The translations under genes were made by a program, and so were the position numbers. Under the pieces are notes generated by a model, which searched no databases, was not told the DNA's origin, and was given only the letters and a program-made list of their open reading frames with translations. DNA of 63,233 bases, the filler included, from Craspedostauros australis (taxonomy: Eukaryota), in NCBI GenBank assembly GCA_030167865.1. It is 11 parts of 11 records of this genome, joined end to end, with 100 filler letters (N's around TTAATTAATTAA, not from the genome) between each part and the next. Parts side by side here need not be neighbours in the genome. Positions count along the whole stretch, not along the records: positions 38,315 to 40,578 come from JALAGF010004756.1; positions 40,679 to 44,774 come from JALAGF010004757.1; positions 44,875 to 49,029 come from JALAGF010004758.1; positions 49,130 to 55,767 come from JALAGF010004759.1; 7 more parts are not named here. One strand, given 5' to 3'. Numbering within the stretch: the first letter of the stretch is position 1; every line of letters begins with the position of its first letter. Of this stretch, positions 38,315 through 50,725 are shown one piece after another.

Positions 38315-38592
38315 AATACTTTTAGGAGTTAGTTGCGTGGTTGGGGGTGGGGTATAGGAATGGATATCGGCCAATGTGTGTTGTGCTGTGAGTGATGGCA
38401 AGGGTCAGGGCTCTATGAACTTGTGGCAAGGGTGAATGGCTGATGAACTTGTATCAAGGGTTAATGTGTGATGAATTTGTATCAAGGGTTAGTTTGGGCA
38501 ATACTTGCAGCAGTTAGTTGCGTGGTTGGGGGTGGGGTATAGGAATGGATATTGGCCAATGTGTGTTGTATGGTGAGTGATGGTTAGGGTTT
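38315..38592. repeat. ~185-bp tandem repeat (about 1.5 units), G/T-rich
   Basis: AGTTAGTTGCGTGGTTGGGGGTGGGGTATAGGAATGGATAT at ~38327 and ~38512. Confidence 0.8.
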
Positions 38593-39138
38593 AAATAAAG
38601 CCTAACCTGAATTATGCTAGTGCTATGGTTTGGCTAAACACAACTCGCTGTTACGAGTCAAATCCCAGTGAAATAAACCATAACCTGATTAATGCTAGTG
38701 TTCGTGTTTGGCAAAACACAACTCGCTGTTATGAGTCATATCACAATGAAATAAACCATTACCTAATTAATGCTAGTGCTATGGTTTGGCAAAACGCAAC
38801 TCGCTGTTATGAGTCATACCATAATGAAATAAACCATAACCTGATTAATGGTAGTGTGAGTGTTTGGCAAAACACAACTCGCTGTTATGAGTCATACCAC
38901 AATGAAATAAACCATAACCTGATTAATGGTAGTGTGAGTGTTTGGCAAAACACAACTCGCTGTTTTGAGTCATCTCACAATTAAATAAACTATAACCCGA
39001 TTAATGCTAGTGTTAGTGTTTGGCTGAACGCAACTCGCTGTTTTGAGACGTACCACAATTAAATAAACCATAACCTGATTAATGCTAGTGTTGGTGTTTG
39101 GCTGAACGCAACTTGCTGTTTTGAGACGTACCACAATA
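38593..39138. repeat. 78-bp minisatellite, 7 units
   Basis: AAATAAA(CC)ATAACCTGATTAATG units start at 38593, 38671, 38749, 38827, 38905, 38983 and 39061. Confidence 0.93.
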
Positions 39139-39885
39139 TGGTGAATACTCACCATGCGGTGACATTCGTGTATCCAGATGTCAGTTTCACCATTCGTAGC
39201 AGTCAGAAGGCTGTTCAATGCATCTATCGTGGTCTGTGTATCGCGTGATTGTAGTAGCTATTTTGTCATGGTCGGAGTGGGCAGGTGTGTGTGTTCTAGA
39301 TGTTGTGAGTGTCTGTTGTGGTCTGTGTGTGTGGTGCTTGTTTCCAGTGGCTGCTAGTAGTGGCTGCCTGCAGAGACTTTTGTGGGTGCCTGTTGTGGTC
39401 TGTGTGTATTGCCTGTGTATAGTAGCTGATTATAGTAGCTGATTGTGGCGACTAATTGTAGTGGCTATCTGCAGCGATCTGTGTATGAACTGGTTGTTAC
39501 TGGTGAATGCAGCACGTGTTTGCACCAAGATGTTCTCCTAGATGATTGTAGTGGCTGCAATGCGTACTGTGAGTGAATGTGAGTGGAACCAATGTGACCG
39601 CGCTTGAGACTGACACCATGACAATTGTTGTGGCTGTAGTGGCAACAAGTGCCATAGTGAAGTCATACATTGTCAATCATTGTCATGCATTGTCATGTGT
39701 GTGTTGATGAAAGTCATGGCACATTCCGGACATTGTAGTGAGTGTTGTGTGTGCAGGTAGTGGATGTGAGTGGCACCATTGTGACTGTTGTTGTTGTTGT
39801 TAGTGTAGTAGCAACACGAGTCATAGTGGAGTCATGCATTGTCATGTGTCGTCATGCATTGTCATGTGTCTTCATGTGTGTGTGT

Positions 39886-39957
39886 GTGTGAGCATGTGGA
39901 TGTGTGAGCATGTGGATGTGTGAGCATGTGGATGTGTGAGCATGTGGATGTGTGAGT
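39886..39957. repeat. 18-bp tandem repeat (GTGAGCATGTGGATGTGT) x4
   Basis: Read directly. Confidence 0.9.
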
Positions 39958-39967
39958 ATCACAGTTG

Positions 39968-40118
39968 ATGGTGTTGACTTCCCCCTCCTCCCCCACAAGT
40001 CAGCCATTTCATGGGACTTGTGCCATCCTCCNGTAGTTGGAATGGTGTTGACTTCCCCCTCCTCCCCCACAAGTCAGCCATTTCATGGGACTTGTGCCAT
40101 CCTCCTGTAGTTGGAATG
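39968..40118. repeat. 74-bp perfect tandem duplication
   Basis: ATGGTGTTGACTTCCCCCTCC... at 39968 and 40042. An N near the junction suggests it may be an assembly artefact. Confidence 0.75.
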
Positions 40119-40578
40119 TGTGAACAATAGTTCATTTGATGTTGACAGATAGTTCATCTGCCATTGACAATGTTCATCTTACATTGACGATGTTCATCTC
40201 ACATTAACGTGGTTGCACGTGTTATCACATGTTGTCTGTGTTGTACTCATGCATCACTATCTCCATCACCAAGTCGATTCAGAGTGTGGTTCTTGTTGTC
40301 ACACGTGTGTATAGACATGGTCGACATGTGCGTGTGCTCACATGTACATGACACTGTGTATTGCAAGTACTGGTTGATGTTGAGTACTTTGATCATCCAT
40401 ATCTCACCTTGTAGAGGTCCGTTGAAGGTGGTAGAAGTGTTGACAGGTACGTATGGACACGCTGCGTGTATGTGTACACATAGATGTACGTGAACATGTG
40501 TACATCATGGTGTGAAGTGCTGTACATGTTTAACACGGTGTATCGCGTGGCTCGTAGTATCTCGTGTTGTTTGGGAGT

Positions 40579-40678
40579 NNNNNNNNNNNNNNNNNNNNNN
40601 NNNNNNNNNNNNNNNNNNNNNNTTAATTAATTAANNNNNNNNNNNNNNNNNNNNNNNNNNNNNNNNNNNNNNNNNNNN
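40579..40678. other. Artificial 100-nt contig linker
   Basis: N44-TTAATTAATTAA-N44. Confidence 0.97.
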
Positions 40679-40809
40679 CCAATTCCTCAGTGTATAGCTT
40701 TGAATGAGAGCCTTCCATGTACTTGTTTGTTGGGGTTTTGTGTGCATGTTTGTATGCATCACTCACTCTCTGTGCAATGGCGCAAGCAAGTGGAAAAATC
40801 ATCCACGAC

Positions 40810-41570
40810 TGTAGGAATGTGCAAATGTGTATTTACATCGCTCACCCATTGTTCTCTTATACTCATCTACGGATGGTACAACTACATTCGTGTCATGAGT
40901 GAACTGTGATTGAACGAAATCACATCACCAAATCGAACACATGAAAATGAGCAGAATTTCTGGAGGAAACTTGCAATCAACGATTTCTGAGAGTATCAGG
41001 AACATCATCCGTCCATCCATCAATGGAAATGCATGGCATCAAGTGAAGCTTGATGTATTTCCCAACTAAACCTCAAATGACGATATCCTCACCAGACCAT
41101 CACATCATTGATGGAGCATGGAATCAGAAGGACTGTGGAAGGTGACAGCTGATGTTGACAAGATGTCATCATGTTGACATCTGTCTCCACATCAGATCAA
41201 GAAAGCGAAGATTTGATGACCAAGGGACATTGAGATTGTGGATATGCAAGGAGGAGTTCGAATGAGATGTTGGCGACTGCACACAAAGTAGTAGGCCAGT
41301 AGAGGATGAGACAACTGAATATGTATCAAATACAGAGCACGTATCGAGTACGGAATATTGTGTAGAACCAACATGCAAGAAAGAGAGAGAGAGAGAGAAA
41401 ACGAGCAACCGTGAAAGATCATCTTGCATGCTGACTCATAGTCAGGAGACTCCAAGACAGAATTGGAATAGCAACGTAATGAACTAGCAAACAGAATCGC
41501 AGCCACCACCACCAACAACAACACTGCCATTCACAGTCGCAAGAGTATCTGTGAGCGGAACTTGCCAACA
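40810..41570 (+). mobile_element. LTR family A, diverged copy abutting Copia coding sequence
   Basis: Shares AAAATGAGCAGAATTTCTGGAGGAAA, CCCAACTAAACCTCA and the terminal GTGAGCGGAACTTGCCAACA. Confidence 0.8.
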
Positions 41571-44500
41571 CGTTTATAAACGATAGATCAGTGCGAGCCC
41601 GCGGCTCGGATTGTGAAGCACACGACGACGAGGCCGTACCAGCGTGGCTCAGCGACGAGCCAATCATCCATGAAGTCAATCCACATTGTGAAGTCAGCTA
41701 TGAGTACTGCTTCAACAAGAATGACATCATCAATCCATCCGGTGACGCAGCTGATATGGGAACTGAGGCCATCGATATCGAGATAGAAGCTGCCAAGAAT
41801 GCAAAGGACACAGACCCCAACAAGAACAAAGACGTCTCCGACGACGAGATGAACAGCAGCGAGGAACAACAGAACGGGCATCTTCGATGAAGATAGCAGC
41901 GATGAATCAGAAAATGGATTCAACCCCGACGAGCGAGTCGCCTACCCAGCCGACGCCGCATTCGCACCNACTGCAGAGTTCAGAGGAACAAGAGTGANAT
42001 ACAGACTTGACATAACACCANGGNCCCCAGCAACAGCAGAGATCATGCAATGGCAGCTCATCCACGACGCTGTGATGACAGCAGGCATGCATCTGTACNC
42101 AGACGATGCCAATGCGGGAGAGCGACACCTATGGGTGTGCGCGACAGCTACGATACTGTCCAAGAGCTTCCGATCAATCGAAGAGATTCTCGCCAACGGA
42201 TCGGTCATCAACCGATTGTTGGGGGAATACAACAACGATTCCATTCCTGACATGGCCATGCACTACATCCTTGGAGGATGTATGCTGGTACTCCTGCGCG
42301 AGCGACCACGAGTCATGCCATACGATCTGGCGACAGGAACTCATCAAGAAGACATGACCCCATCAGCGGTCGGAGAACCATACTTCGACCGCATGAACCA
42401 CGGCATGGACGACGGGAACGAGGATGCCAACGATGAAGACTACAACAATGACATAGCAGCGGCCGCCATGGAGCAGCTCCACGAGCTGAGCACCAAGCAC
42501 AAAGACAAGGTCAACAAGGACACCTGGCTTGCTGACAGCGGAGCCTCGTGTCACATCGTGAACTCCGACGCCGTCTTCAACATGCAGCACATCAAGTCCT
42601 TCATACAAGTGGGAGACAGCACGAAACTGGACTCTCCCAAGATGGGCTCCATCAGGTTACAGGTCAAGCAACAAGACAACACAGGTCACATCATCTGACT
42701 TGACCATGTGAAGTACACGCCCAAGATAGCAGTGAGCTTATTCTCAACAACAAGGCTCTGTACAACGGTTGCCAGCTTGGTAACAATGGCATTCTGATGG
42801 ACATCATCAACGGATCCGGAACGAAGATCGTGTTCGATTGAGTCTTCCCCACATCTAACGGATTCATCATGGGAGTGCAGATGCATCCCATCACGCCAAG
42901 AGAGGATGGCAAGGCTTGCACAGCCATCATCAAAGGCCCATCCAAGGAGGTGAGTGCAGTGAGCTTGCACTGAATGCTTGGCCACACACCACTCGAGACC
43001 ATGAAGCGGACAGCCGCTCAATACGAATGGAAATCATTGGCGAGATGCCGGTGTGTCGCGACTGCGCGGTCGCGAATGCGAGAGTGAAGAACATCCCAAA
43101 AACTACAATCCCAAGAGCAACTCGCCGTGGCGAACGTTTCTTCATCGACATTAGTTACACTAAACACATAAGTTTTGGTGACAAACGTTACTGGACTCTG
43201 ATTGTGAACGACTGTGCAGACTACTGCTGGAGCTTCTTCCTGAAGAACAAGAGTGACCAACCAGGGTACATCAAACAATTCGTCCAGACCATCAAGTCAC
43301 AGACAGGTGATCAACAAATCATCGTCCGAGGTGACAACAGCGGAGAGAACAAATCCACGCAGGATACTCTCATCGATGCAGGACTCAACGTGAAATTCGA
43401 ATTCACGGCATCGAACACGCCGCAACAGAATGGCAGGGTGGAACGCAAGTTCGCGTACCTCTACACCAAGATCCGCTCCATGCTCAACGGAGCACAGCTC
43501 GACGAAGGGTATAGGCATGGCCTGTGGGCAGCCGCTGCGAGCACTGCCACTGCCATTGCAAACATCACTGTAGCGAAGAACCAGAAGGAGTCACCACATT
43601 GCCAATTCCTCGACAGCGATCCACCATATGCCAATTAACTTAGAACATTCGGAGAGGTGGGTGTTGTGAAGACTACCTATGGCAGGATCACTGCCAAATC
43701 AAGAATAGAGGAGAAGAGATGGTGTTCATTGGATATGCACACCAACATGCATCAGGAGTATACAACATGTACAGACCATCAACCAAGTCATTGGTCTGTT
43801 CTCGCGACATCAAATGGCTCAACCAACCATACGGACAGTTCCGTGGCTGGGCACCAGCACCGAACATATCCAACGAAGCAGGAACAACGGACACGGACGG
43901 CTTCACAACCATCGGACGGAAGGGAGCGATGCCAAGGACGGCAATGCGTCAAACATCAAAAGCGAAGAGAGTATCTTTTGCTAACACGAACACATATCAT
44001 ATCCTATCAGACAGTGATGATGAGGATGATGAGAACAAGGGAATGGAGATCCAACCAATCGACGACGAGATGAATCAGAGCGAATCTAGCTCTAAGGATG
44101 ACACCATACAACTATCCGGCGACGAAGCCGATGCCGAAATGGGTGCCACTCCTCCGAACACACCAGCAAGGTCTACACATGACACACCATCAAGACCTCC
44201 ACCAACAAAACCAAGCAAACGTGACATAGACAGAAAGGAGAGGATCCGACGTCACAAAGCACAAGGCAGGAAGGGAGAAGCTAATCCCAAGCCTACTACA
44301 GGAAAGAATATTCCCAGAGCTCTGCGTGAGCTCGCAGACTTCAACGAACGAGGTCGAAAGGAGGAAGGCTATGAGAGCAAATCATCATCCAATGAAGACA
44401 GTGACGAACTGAGCGATGAGATATCCGACGAGTCCAACAACGACACTACAGACGATGAAAAATTCCTAGATGAAGATGAAGAGATCGAGATCACTCATCA

Positions 44501-44774
44501 TAGCACAACAGAACTATACGGGATGAACACAATCATCACCAAGACACCAGCGATCGATATCGGATTGTCGATGCAGGACCAGAACGAAGAACCAGAGAAG
44601 CACATCGAACCAACGACATTCGATGGAGCCTTCAATAACCCAGATCCCAGTCATCGAAAGGGATATCGAGCAGCCATCAAAAAGGAGTTTGACTCCATGG
44701 ATACATGCAAGGTGTACAGCAAGATCAAATGAGACGCCATCCCGCACGGCCGCAGATGCTGCAAATGCAAATGG
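41571..44774 (+). pseudogene. pol: Copia lineage B internal region: extra domain, PR, IN, acidic spacer and start of RT; degenerate
   Basis: TWLADSGASCH; C..C..AN; RGDNSGE; TPQQNGRVER; FIGY; EPTTF..A....AI.KE..SM. Confidence 0.9.
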
Positions 44775-44874
44775 NNNNNNNNNNNNNNNNNNNNNNNNNN
44801 NNNNNNNNNNNNNNNNNNTTAATTAATTAANNNNNNNNNNNNNNNNNNNNNNNNNNNNNNNNNNNNNNNNNNNN
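44775..44874. other. Artificial 100-nt contig linker
   Basis: N44-TTAATTAATTAA-N44. Confidence 0.97.
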
Positions 44875-46398
44875 TCTGAACGCCCAACGTGCTCGAATCT
44901 TGAACACGTCGAATTCGGTGCATTCTGTGCACCACGAATACATCGCTCCACGCGCGAGGCAGATTGGACACCATGCATCCGTTCTGCTGCGTTCACACAC
45001 GCGGTCGATTTCGTCGCGCAGGAAGTAGTCGATGGCGTTACTCATCCAAGTGGCCACTGCTTCCTCACCTTGCGCAGGTGGCGCGTTGTTGACGTCGACC
45101 CCTGGCATCGCGATTTCGGTGTCCCCAATGCTCTCGTCTGATTCGAGCAGATCGTCGTTCATGAGGTCGCGGATGCCTTCGGTGATCGGCGATTCCGCTC
45201 TCTCGTTCGAAGGGAACGACTCCATGATTTCGAAGAGATCCTCTTCGAGTCCATCCTCGAGTTCGATCTCATCAAGATCGTCAATCTCAACGAAACCACC
45301 ATCTGCGATGACCAATGCCATATCGTCCATCGCATCGTCGCCATCCATCGCCATGTTGGCGCTCTCAGCTTCCTTCATTGCTGCCTTCAGCTTGAAGCAT
45401 TGGATGATCTTGTGCCCTGCCTTTCCACAGTAGTTGCACTTCCCGTCGAATCCTCCTTTCTTGGATCCGCCTTTGGCATCGGCGTGGTTGCCCTTCTTCT
45501 TGGACCCACCGCCTCTTTTGTTGTTGCTTCCCTTGGCTGGCGCACGACAGTCCGCCTTCTTGTGCCCGTAGGCACCACAGTTGCGACAGTTTCCCTTGAA
45601 CTGTCCGGCTCCGAACAGAGCGAGCTCCTCGTTGCTGCTGTTGCCTGCGCGCTTATAACCATGTTTGAGATGGTGGCGATTGTAGGTTAGGCTCACAGCT
45701 TCGCGGATGTCGCCCACAGTCATCTCCTTTTCCTTTCCGTGGAACTTGAGTTCGAGCAGCTTCACATCCATCTCATACTCGCGACCGAGCGCGTTGAGCA
45801 CGAGCATGTTGAATTGCTCGACGTCGACGATCACCTCCTGGTCGATCAGTCGGTTGCGAAGGACCTCCATGTCCGTCAAGAAGAGATCCGGATTCTCTCC
45901 CTTCTTCAATTGCATCGCGTTGAGCTCCGCCAGCAACTTTGCCTTCATAGGTGCAGTGCGCTGCTCGTAGATGCGTCCGAGGACCACCCAAGCTGCACGA
46001 GGTTCTCCTCCTCCATTCAGCATGCCCTCGCATCCCCACACCGCCTCGAAGGCGATCTTGCCTTCCTTCGAATCATGGTTTATTGCCATGGTCAGTTCCT
46101 CGAAGGCGAACCTTGCCATTGCTGCCTTGTACTCCGCTAGATCCGCAGCACTTGGTTTGGTACCAGACTTGGTACTCGCCTTGAGTTTGGCGCCTGGATC
46201 AGGCTTGATCGTTGCGACCAGGCTTTCGGTAACCTCAGAAGGAGCTTTCACCTTCACATCGGAGTAGGGCTCCAAGAGCATGTTGCGATAACCACGACGG
46301 TCAGCGCGACAGAGGAACTTGGCGTGCCAGAACTTCCAGTTCTCCTTTTTACCGTCGAAGTAGACGATACGGTCGGACTTGGACTCGTAAGTACTCAT
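44875..46398 (-). CDS. gag: Copia lineage B Gag (two CCHC knuckles) with an acidic and CxxC-CxxC extension; open to the linker
   Basis: FDGKKENWKFW; UBN2-like core; CRNCGAYGHKKADC; CNYCGKAGHKIIQC; WCPIC..WCTEC. Confidence 0.9.
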
Positions 46399-46479
46399 GA
46401 TGATGATGATGATGAAGGTGGATGATGGCTTGTTGGTGCAGGGTGAAACGTAGGATTTCAATCGTAACGTTTCGAAACG

Positions 46480-47297
46480 TGTTGGAAATCCGGGGTGGTG
46501 TGATAGTAGAAAGCAAATCGTTTGTTAGAATCTACTTCTCTGAACTGTGAGCTCTTCATTGCTCTCAATCTCAAAGTTCGATCTCCTCCTGAGATCACCA
46601 TGGTCCCTCTGTTGGTCTAGCAGGCATCCGTCTTGCATTCATTGCAAATTCATCATGGACATGCATGCACCACTGAGTATCCCATGTTCGTGCACTTGAG
46701 CACGTTGTCCTCCACTGATAGTTTCGATGCCTTAGACATCACCAAGTTGTAGGCATCACACAGATCGGTTCATTCGATCAGATCACGATCTTCCCATTCG
46801 TCACGGGAACTCCCTGGTTGGGAGCTCATTCAGCTCCTCGACCATCACACATCTCCGATCATCTCCGATGTTTCTCCTGTCGTTTCTCCCCTTACTTCGC
46901 CGATCACTTCACCGGCTTCCTGGAGGTTCCTCATACCAGGTTCGTTCACAGGCCATCTCACACTTCGTGACATCGGCCTTCTTCCAGTACTCTTTTCTCA
47001 TTGGTTGCGACATGGGGGCCGTAGTCGCTTGTATCGTGATGTTGGTCACGATTCCAACATCCCTGTCCCCTGCGACATGCACGTGTGATTCGCATTCCTG
47101 TATTGAGGTCACGAACGCCAAAGTACGGTTCGCATTCGGCACGTGTCGTTCTCCATCACGAAACACGTGCAGCTCACATTTTTCTGTCACAAAGATCCAA
47201 AGGTGGGAGTTGCGGTAATGTAGCATATCATGACGTTCGGCTCCTTTCCCTTGGGAGGTGCGGCAATATGGTGTTTCAGAACACCCGATTCCTGACA
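46480..47297 (-). repeat. 5' LTR family B variant (818 bp)
   Basis: The minus strand reads TGTCAGGAATCGGG...CCCCGGATTTCCAACA, directly upstream of gag. Confidence 0.85.
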
Positions 47298-47765
47298 GAG
47301 GCGGATGCATGCACGTCTGTAGATGTGTTGTGGGGTGGATTAAATGCAGATGAGGCAGTGGGTCAATGAAACCCTGGTCCATCATCAGCAGGATCTCATC
47401 GAGTTGATTCGCATCATCCAGAAACTGATCTTGAACCACCTCCATAGTTGATTCGCAGCTGTCCGCATGGCGCTCGCGGACGAACACTATGATGTGACGG
47501 AGTCAGCATGTTGTGCTGATCGGAGGTGGAGGAGTTGATGGGACCACCTCAGGTGGACGGAAGTGACCAAACAGCTTGGAATGACAGCACAAAATAGAAT
47601 CAGCAGTGGGCGTAGCTGCAGCCGACACAGGAAAGAATAGTTGAATACAAAGCCAGCAGCGGATGAAATGCAAGGTGTTGGGTGTAATGCAATGGATGTG
47701 CTATTGTGATGATCAGGAGACAACACAGGATGTGTTGTGTGTGTGATGTGAATATAGTGATTATA

Positions 47766-48559
47766 TGTTGGAAATCCGGGGTTATAGATATAGTCTAATG
47801 CTTATTAAACTGTACCGTTTTAGAACTGTGAGAATAACACACTCATTTCTCAAAAATCGTCAACTCGTTTGCCCATGATGATGTTGATGGCCTCCTGTAG
47901 TTGCCCCTCACAATCATCATTGCAGTCTCTCTCTGTCATGCTCATTTCATTGCTCATGACATGTACATTTCACCATGCTCGTCCTGCTGAGATATCGGTC
48001 TACACTCCTGAGGTGCATGCATGCTGATGCTTGATTCATTCTCTTCTCATCAGGCATCCATCACTCATTCAGTACACTCTTCTGTGTTGTTCACTCACTC
48101 CTCTCACATGCTCACCGACAATCACACTTGCTCAGAACATGGAGTTCTGGCACGATCAGTCCAGTCCTTCGATGTTGTTCCAGTCCGCTCTTTGTTCTCC
48201 TTCGCTGGATCTCTATCGGTCACGTAATCATGTTCTGGGTTCCGAGCGATTCAGTCCGTGATTGCGTCCTTGCATAGATGTTTCAAGTTAACCGGTCAAC
48301 CCTCATGCTTGGAACACTTCGGTGTTCCAGTCTCCTTTTTACATCCATCGTTCGCCATACCAGTTCGTCAATCCACTCAAACCATGTCTCACGATTAGTC
48401 CGTCCGTCGTCCGTCATACTCTTGACACACAGAGGAGGAGGTCCACAATAGACTTGGGAGCGTGTCCGACTTTGATAGATCGGTGAGTCTAATTTTGGTA
48501 TTATGGGAGGTGNNNNNNNNNNNNNNNNNACGACATAGTCGCACCCTCGATTCCTGACA
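47766..48559 (-). repeat. 3' LTR family B variant (~794 bp) of a separate element, after PPT GGAAGGG
   Basis: Same termini; follows the RNase H end and the purine tract at 48560-48566. Confidence 0.85.
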
Positions 48560-48630
48560 CCCTTCCATTGTCGCATCGACATCATACCATAGACTCCACA
48601 CTCCATCACTCTCTTGTACCACCATCCCTC

Positions 48631-49029
48631 TCACTCTTCTCGGTCCACTGCTGACCGGGGCTGGATGATATCTCCCTTGTGTCTGTCGTAGATCTCCTTC
48701 TTCGTGTTCTTGGTGAAGCCGTCAGCTATGTTGTCCTCTGAACGTACGAACCGGGCTCTAGCCTCTTTGTTCGCAATCAGCTCTCGGATGAAGTGATGTC
48801 GGATATCGATGTGNNNNNNNNNNNNNNNNNNNNNNNNNNNNNNNNNNNNNNNNNNNNNNNNNNNNNNNNNNNNNNNNNNNNNNNNNNNNNNNNNNNNNNN
48901 NNNNNNNNNNNNNNNNNNNNNNNNNNNCAGGAAGCGGATCTCCTTGCCTGCTTCCGACAGTGCAACGTACTCTGCCTCCGTTGAGCTCAGCGTCACGCTG
49001 CGTTGTGCCTTCGATCTCCAGATGATAGG
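48631..49029 (-). pseudogene. pol: Copia RNase H C-terminal fragment
   Basis: WRSKAQRSVTLSSTEAEYVALSEA; HIDIRHHFIRE; NIADGFTK. Confidence 0.92.
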
Positions 49030-49129
49030 NNNNNNNNNNNNNNNNNNNNNNNNNNNNNNNNNNNNNNNNNNNNTTAATTAATTAANNNNNNNNNNNNNNN
49101 NNNNNNNNNNNNNNNNNNNNNNNNNNNNN
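49030..49129. other. Artificial 100-nt contig linker
   Basis: N44-TTAATTAATTAA-N44. Confidence 0.97.
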
Positions 49130-49213
49130 CAAGTAATGAAATAGCAAGCGAACGACTATCAACCAACACCACCTTCCACGATCGTAAGTTACCGTGCGCG
49201 GAACTTGCCAACA
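49130..49213 (+). mobile_element. LTR family A, 3' end
   Basis: CAAGTAATGAAATAGC...GGAACTTGCCAACA. Confidence 0.85.
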
Positions 49214-49474
49214 GACAGTGACGACCATGCAACAGGGACACCCGGCAAATGCATTGAAACGTGTGTCATTTGACTCGTTTGACCATAAAATAAATCGAGA
49301 CTATTTAATCGAGTTAGTCTTCTCTCTAAGATCTTTGTCTTTGCATTCGATGAAAATGACCATGAAACGTCTTGTCGTTAAGTACATTATTTAATGAGAT
49401 CGTGTTGTGGTGTTCAATGACCGTCTTTGTGCCTATAGTTGCTTAAGTCACGAATTAATCTGGTGCACAAATGA

Positions 49475-49569
49475 AAGTGCATTTAATGCACTTCAAATGC
49501 ATTTTTTGAACTCCAAGTGCATTTAATGCACGTCAACTGCATTTAATGCACTCCACATGCATTTTTTGG
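49475..49569. repeat. 20-bp periodic array of palindromic GTGCATT-T-AATGCAC units
   Basis: About five units at 20-bp spacing, three of them with the near-complete dyad. Confidence 0.85.
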
Positions 49570-50725
49570 TGAGAGCGCACAGGTTGCGGGACTCGCTGGA
49601 GATGGTTGTGTGTGGGTTGGCGATTGGTTTGGAAGTCCATCTGTTCACGTTGCTTCGTGTCGTTCCATGGCAGCCCCAGTTATCTTGAGTGCATGATCAC
49701 CACGAAGGTGGAAAGGCCTCCACACAAATCGCGATACTCTTCAAGAACTTCAGACGCCTCGCGATGATGGCTCTGTGTATGGACAGTGCAGCCGGAACGG
49801 TTTCGCCGGAGCTGGCGAACGCTCAACTATCAATGCCAAGAACCTTCCTCGGGCATTCCGCGCCTTCCCAGATGTAAATGCTGCCGTGTTCAGTCATTTT
49901 GCTGTGACCGGCAATCGCATCTTTTCTCGTGGTTGTGGAAGTCTCATTGGCCTTGTGAACGCGAATGGTGTGCGCGAACCCGATGCCCACAGAAGCCTGT
50001 ATGACCTAATTTTGGCTCACAAAACAAGGCACGAACACATCCACATCCACAACCACAACCACGATGAAATTCTCTTTCCCAGCGTCGCCCCCCCCCCCGA
50101 AGCGCACGGGGAAGCCATCACCATGGGTCACCAGCACCTCCATTCTCTCTCCCCAGAGCCCATGCGGCCAACTTGGTCGACACAGCTGCAACAAACATGA
50201 TGCTTGGTGGGACAGCTGCCCAAACCATCAACCAAAACACCAAGCACGACAACCGCCCAGGAGCAGTCCACGCTGCTTGCTCTGTCATCCACGACACTGG
50301 GAAGGCGCCATCCCCAACATTCTTTGGCCTGCCCGATGGGCACTTCTTCGCCATGGGCAAATCCCATTCTCGTGGGCGCCGCAGTAGCCCTGTCGAGCTT
50401 TCCTTTCGTGCCGCTTTCGCGTCGATGGGCGATCTGGTCGATGCCGGAAGCGTCGCGACATTTTACTTCGATGGGTGCATGTCCGGCTTCTGTTTCATGT
50501 CTGGCCACATCTTCTGGCTGCTGGGATACGTGGCCTTTCTGATGTTCGTGCATTTGATTGTGGTTGTGAAGACCGCAGGTTTCGCCGTTTCCGCCATGAA
50601 GCGACTTGTCACAACCGTTGGAGGAGTCCTCGTTCGCGGCAGAATTCCAAATGCTCGCTACCACTGAGAGCACACAGAACACCAACAACAACAACAGCAA
50701 CCAAGTGCAATCAACAACAGGAACA

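Noticed and set aside
38593..39138. 78-bp array as a CRISPR
   Set aside because: Whole units are similar to one another, with no unique spacers and no cas genes; it is a minisatellite.
41571..41582. Palindrome CGTTTATAAACG after LTR A as a second palindromic PBS
   Set aside because: The downstream sequence is mid-element coding sequence homologous to 57845 onward, not a gag leader. Probably coincidental, although it resembles 46468-46479.
46480..48559. A short TRIM-like element formed by the two neighbouring LTRs
   Set aside because: The LTR interiors differ; one follows RNase H/PPT and the other precedes gag, so they belong to different elements.
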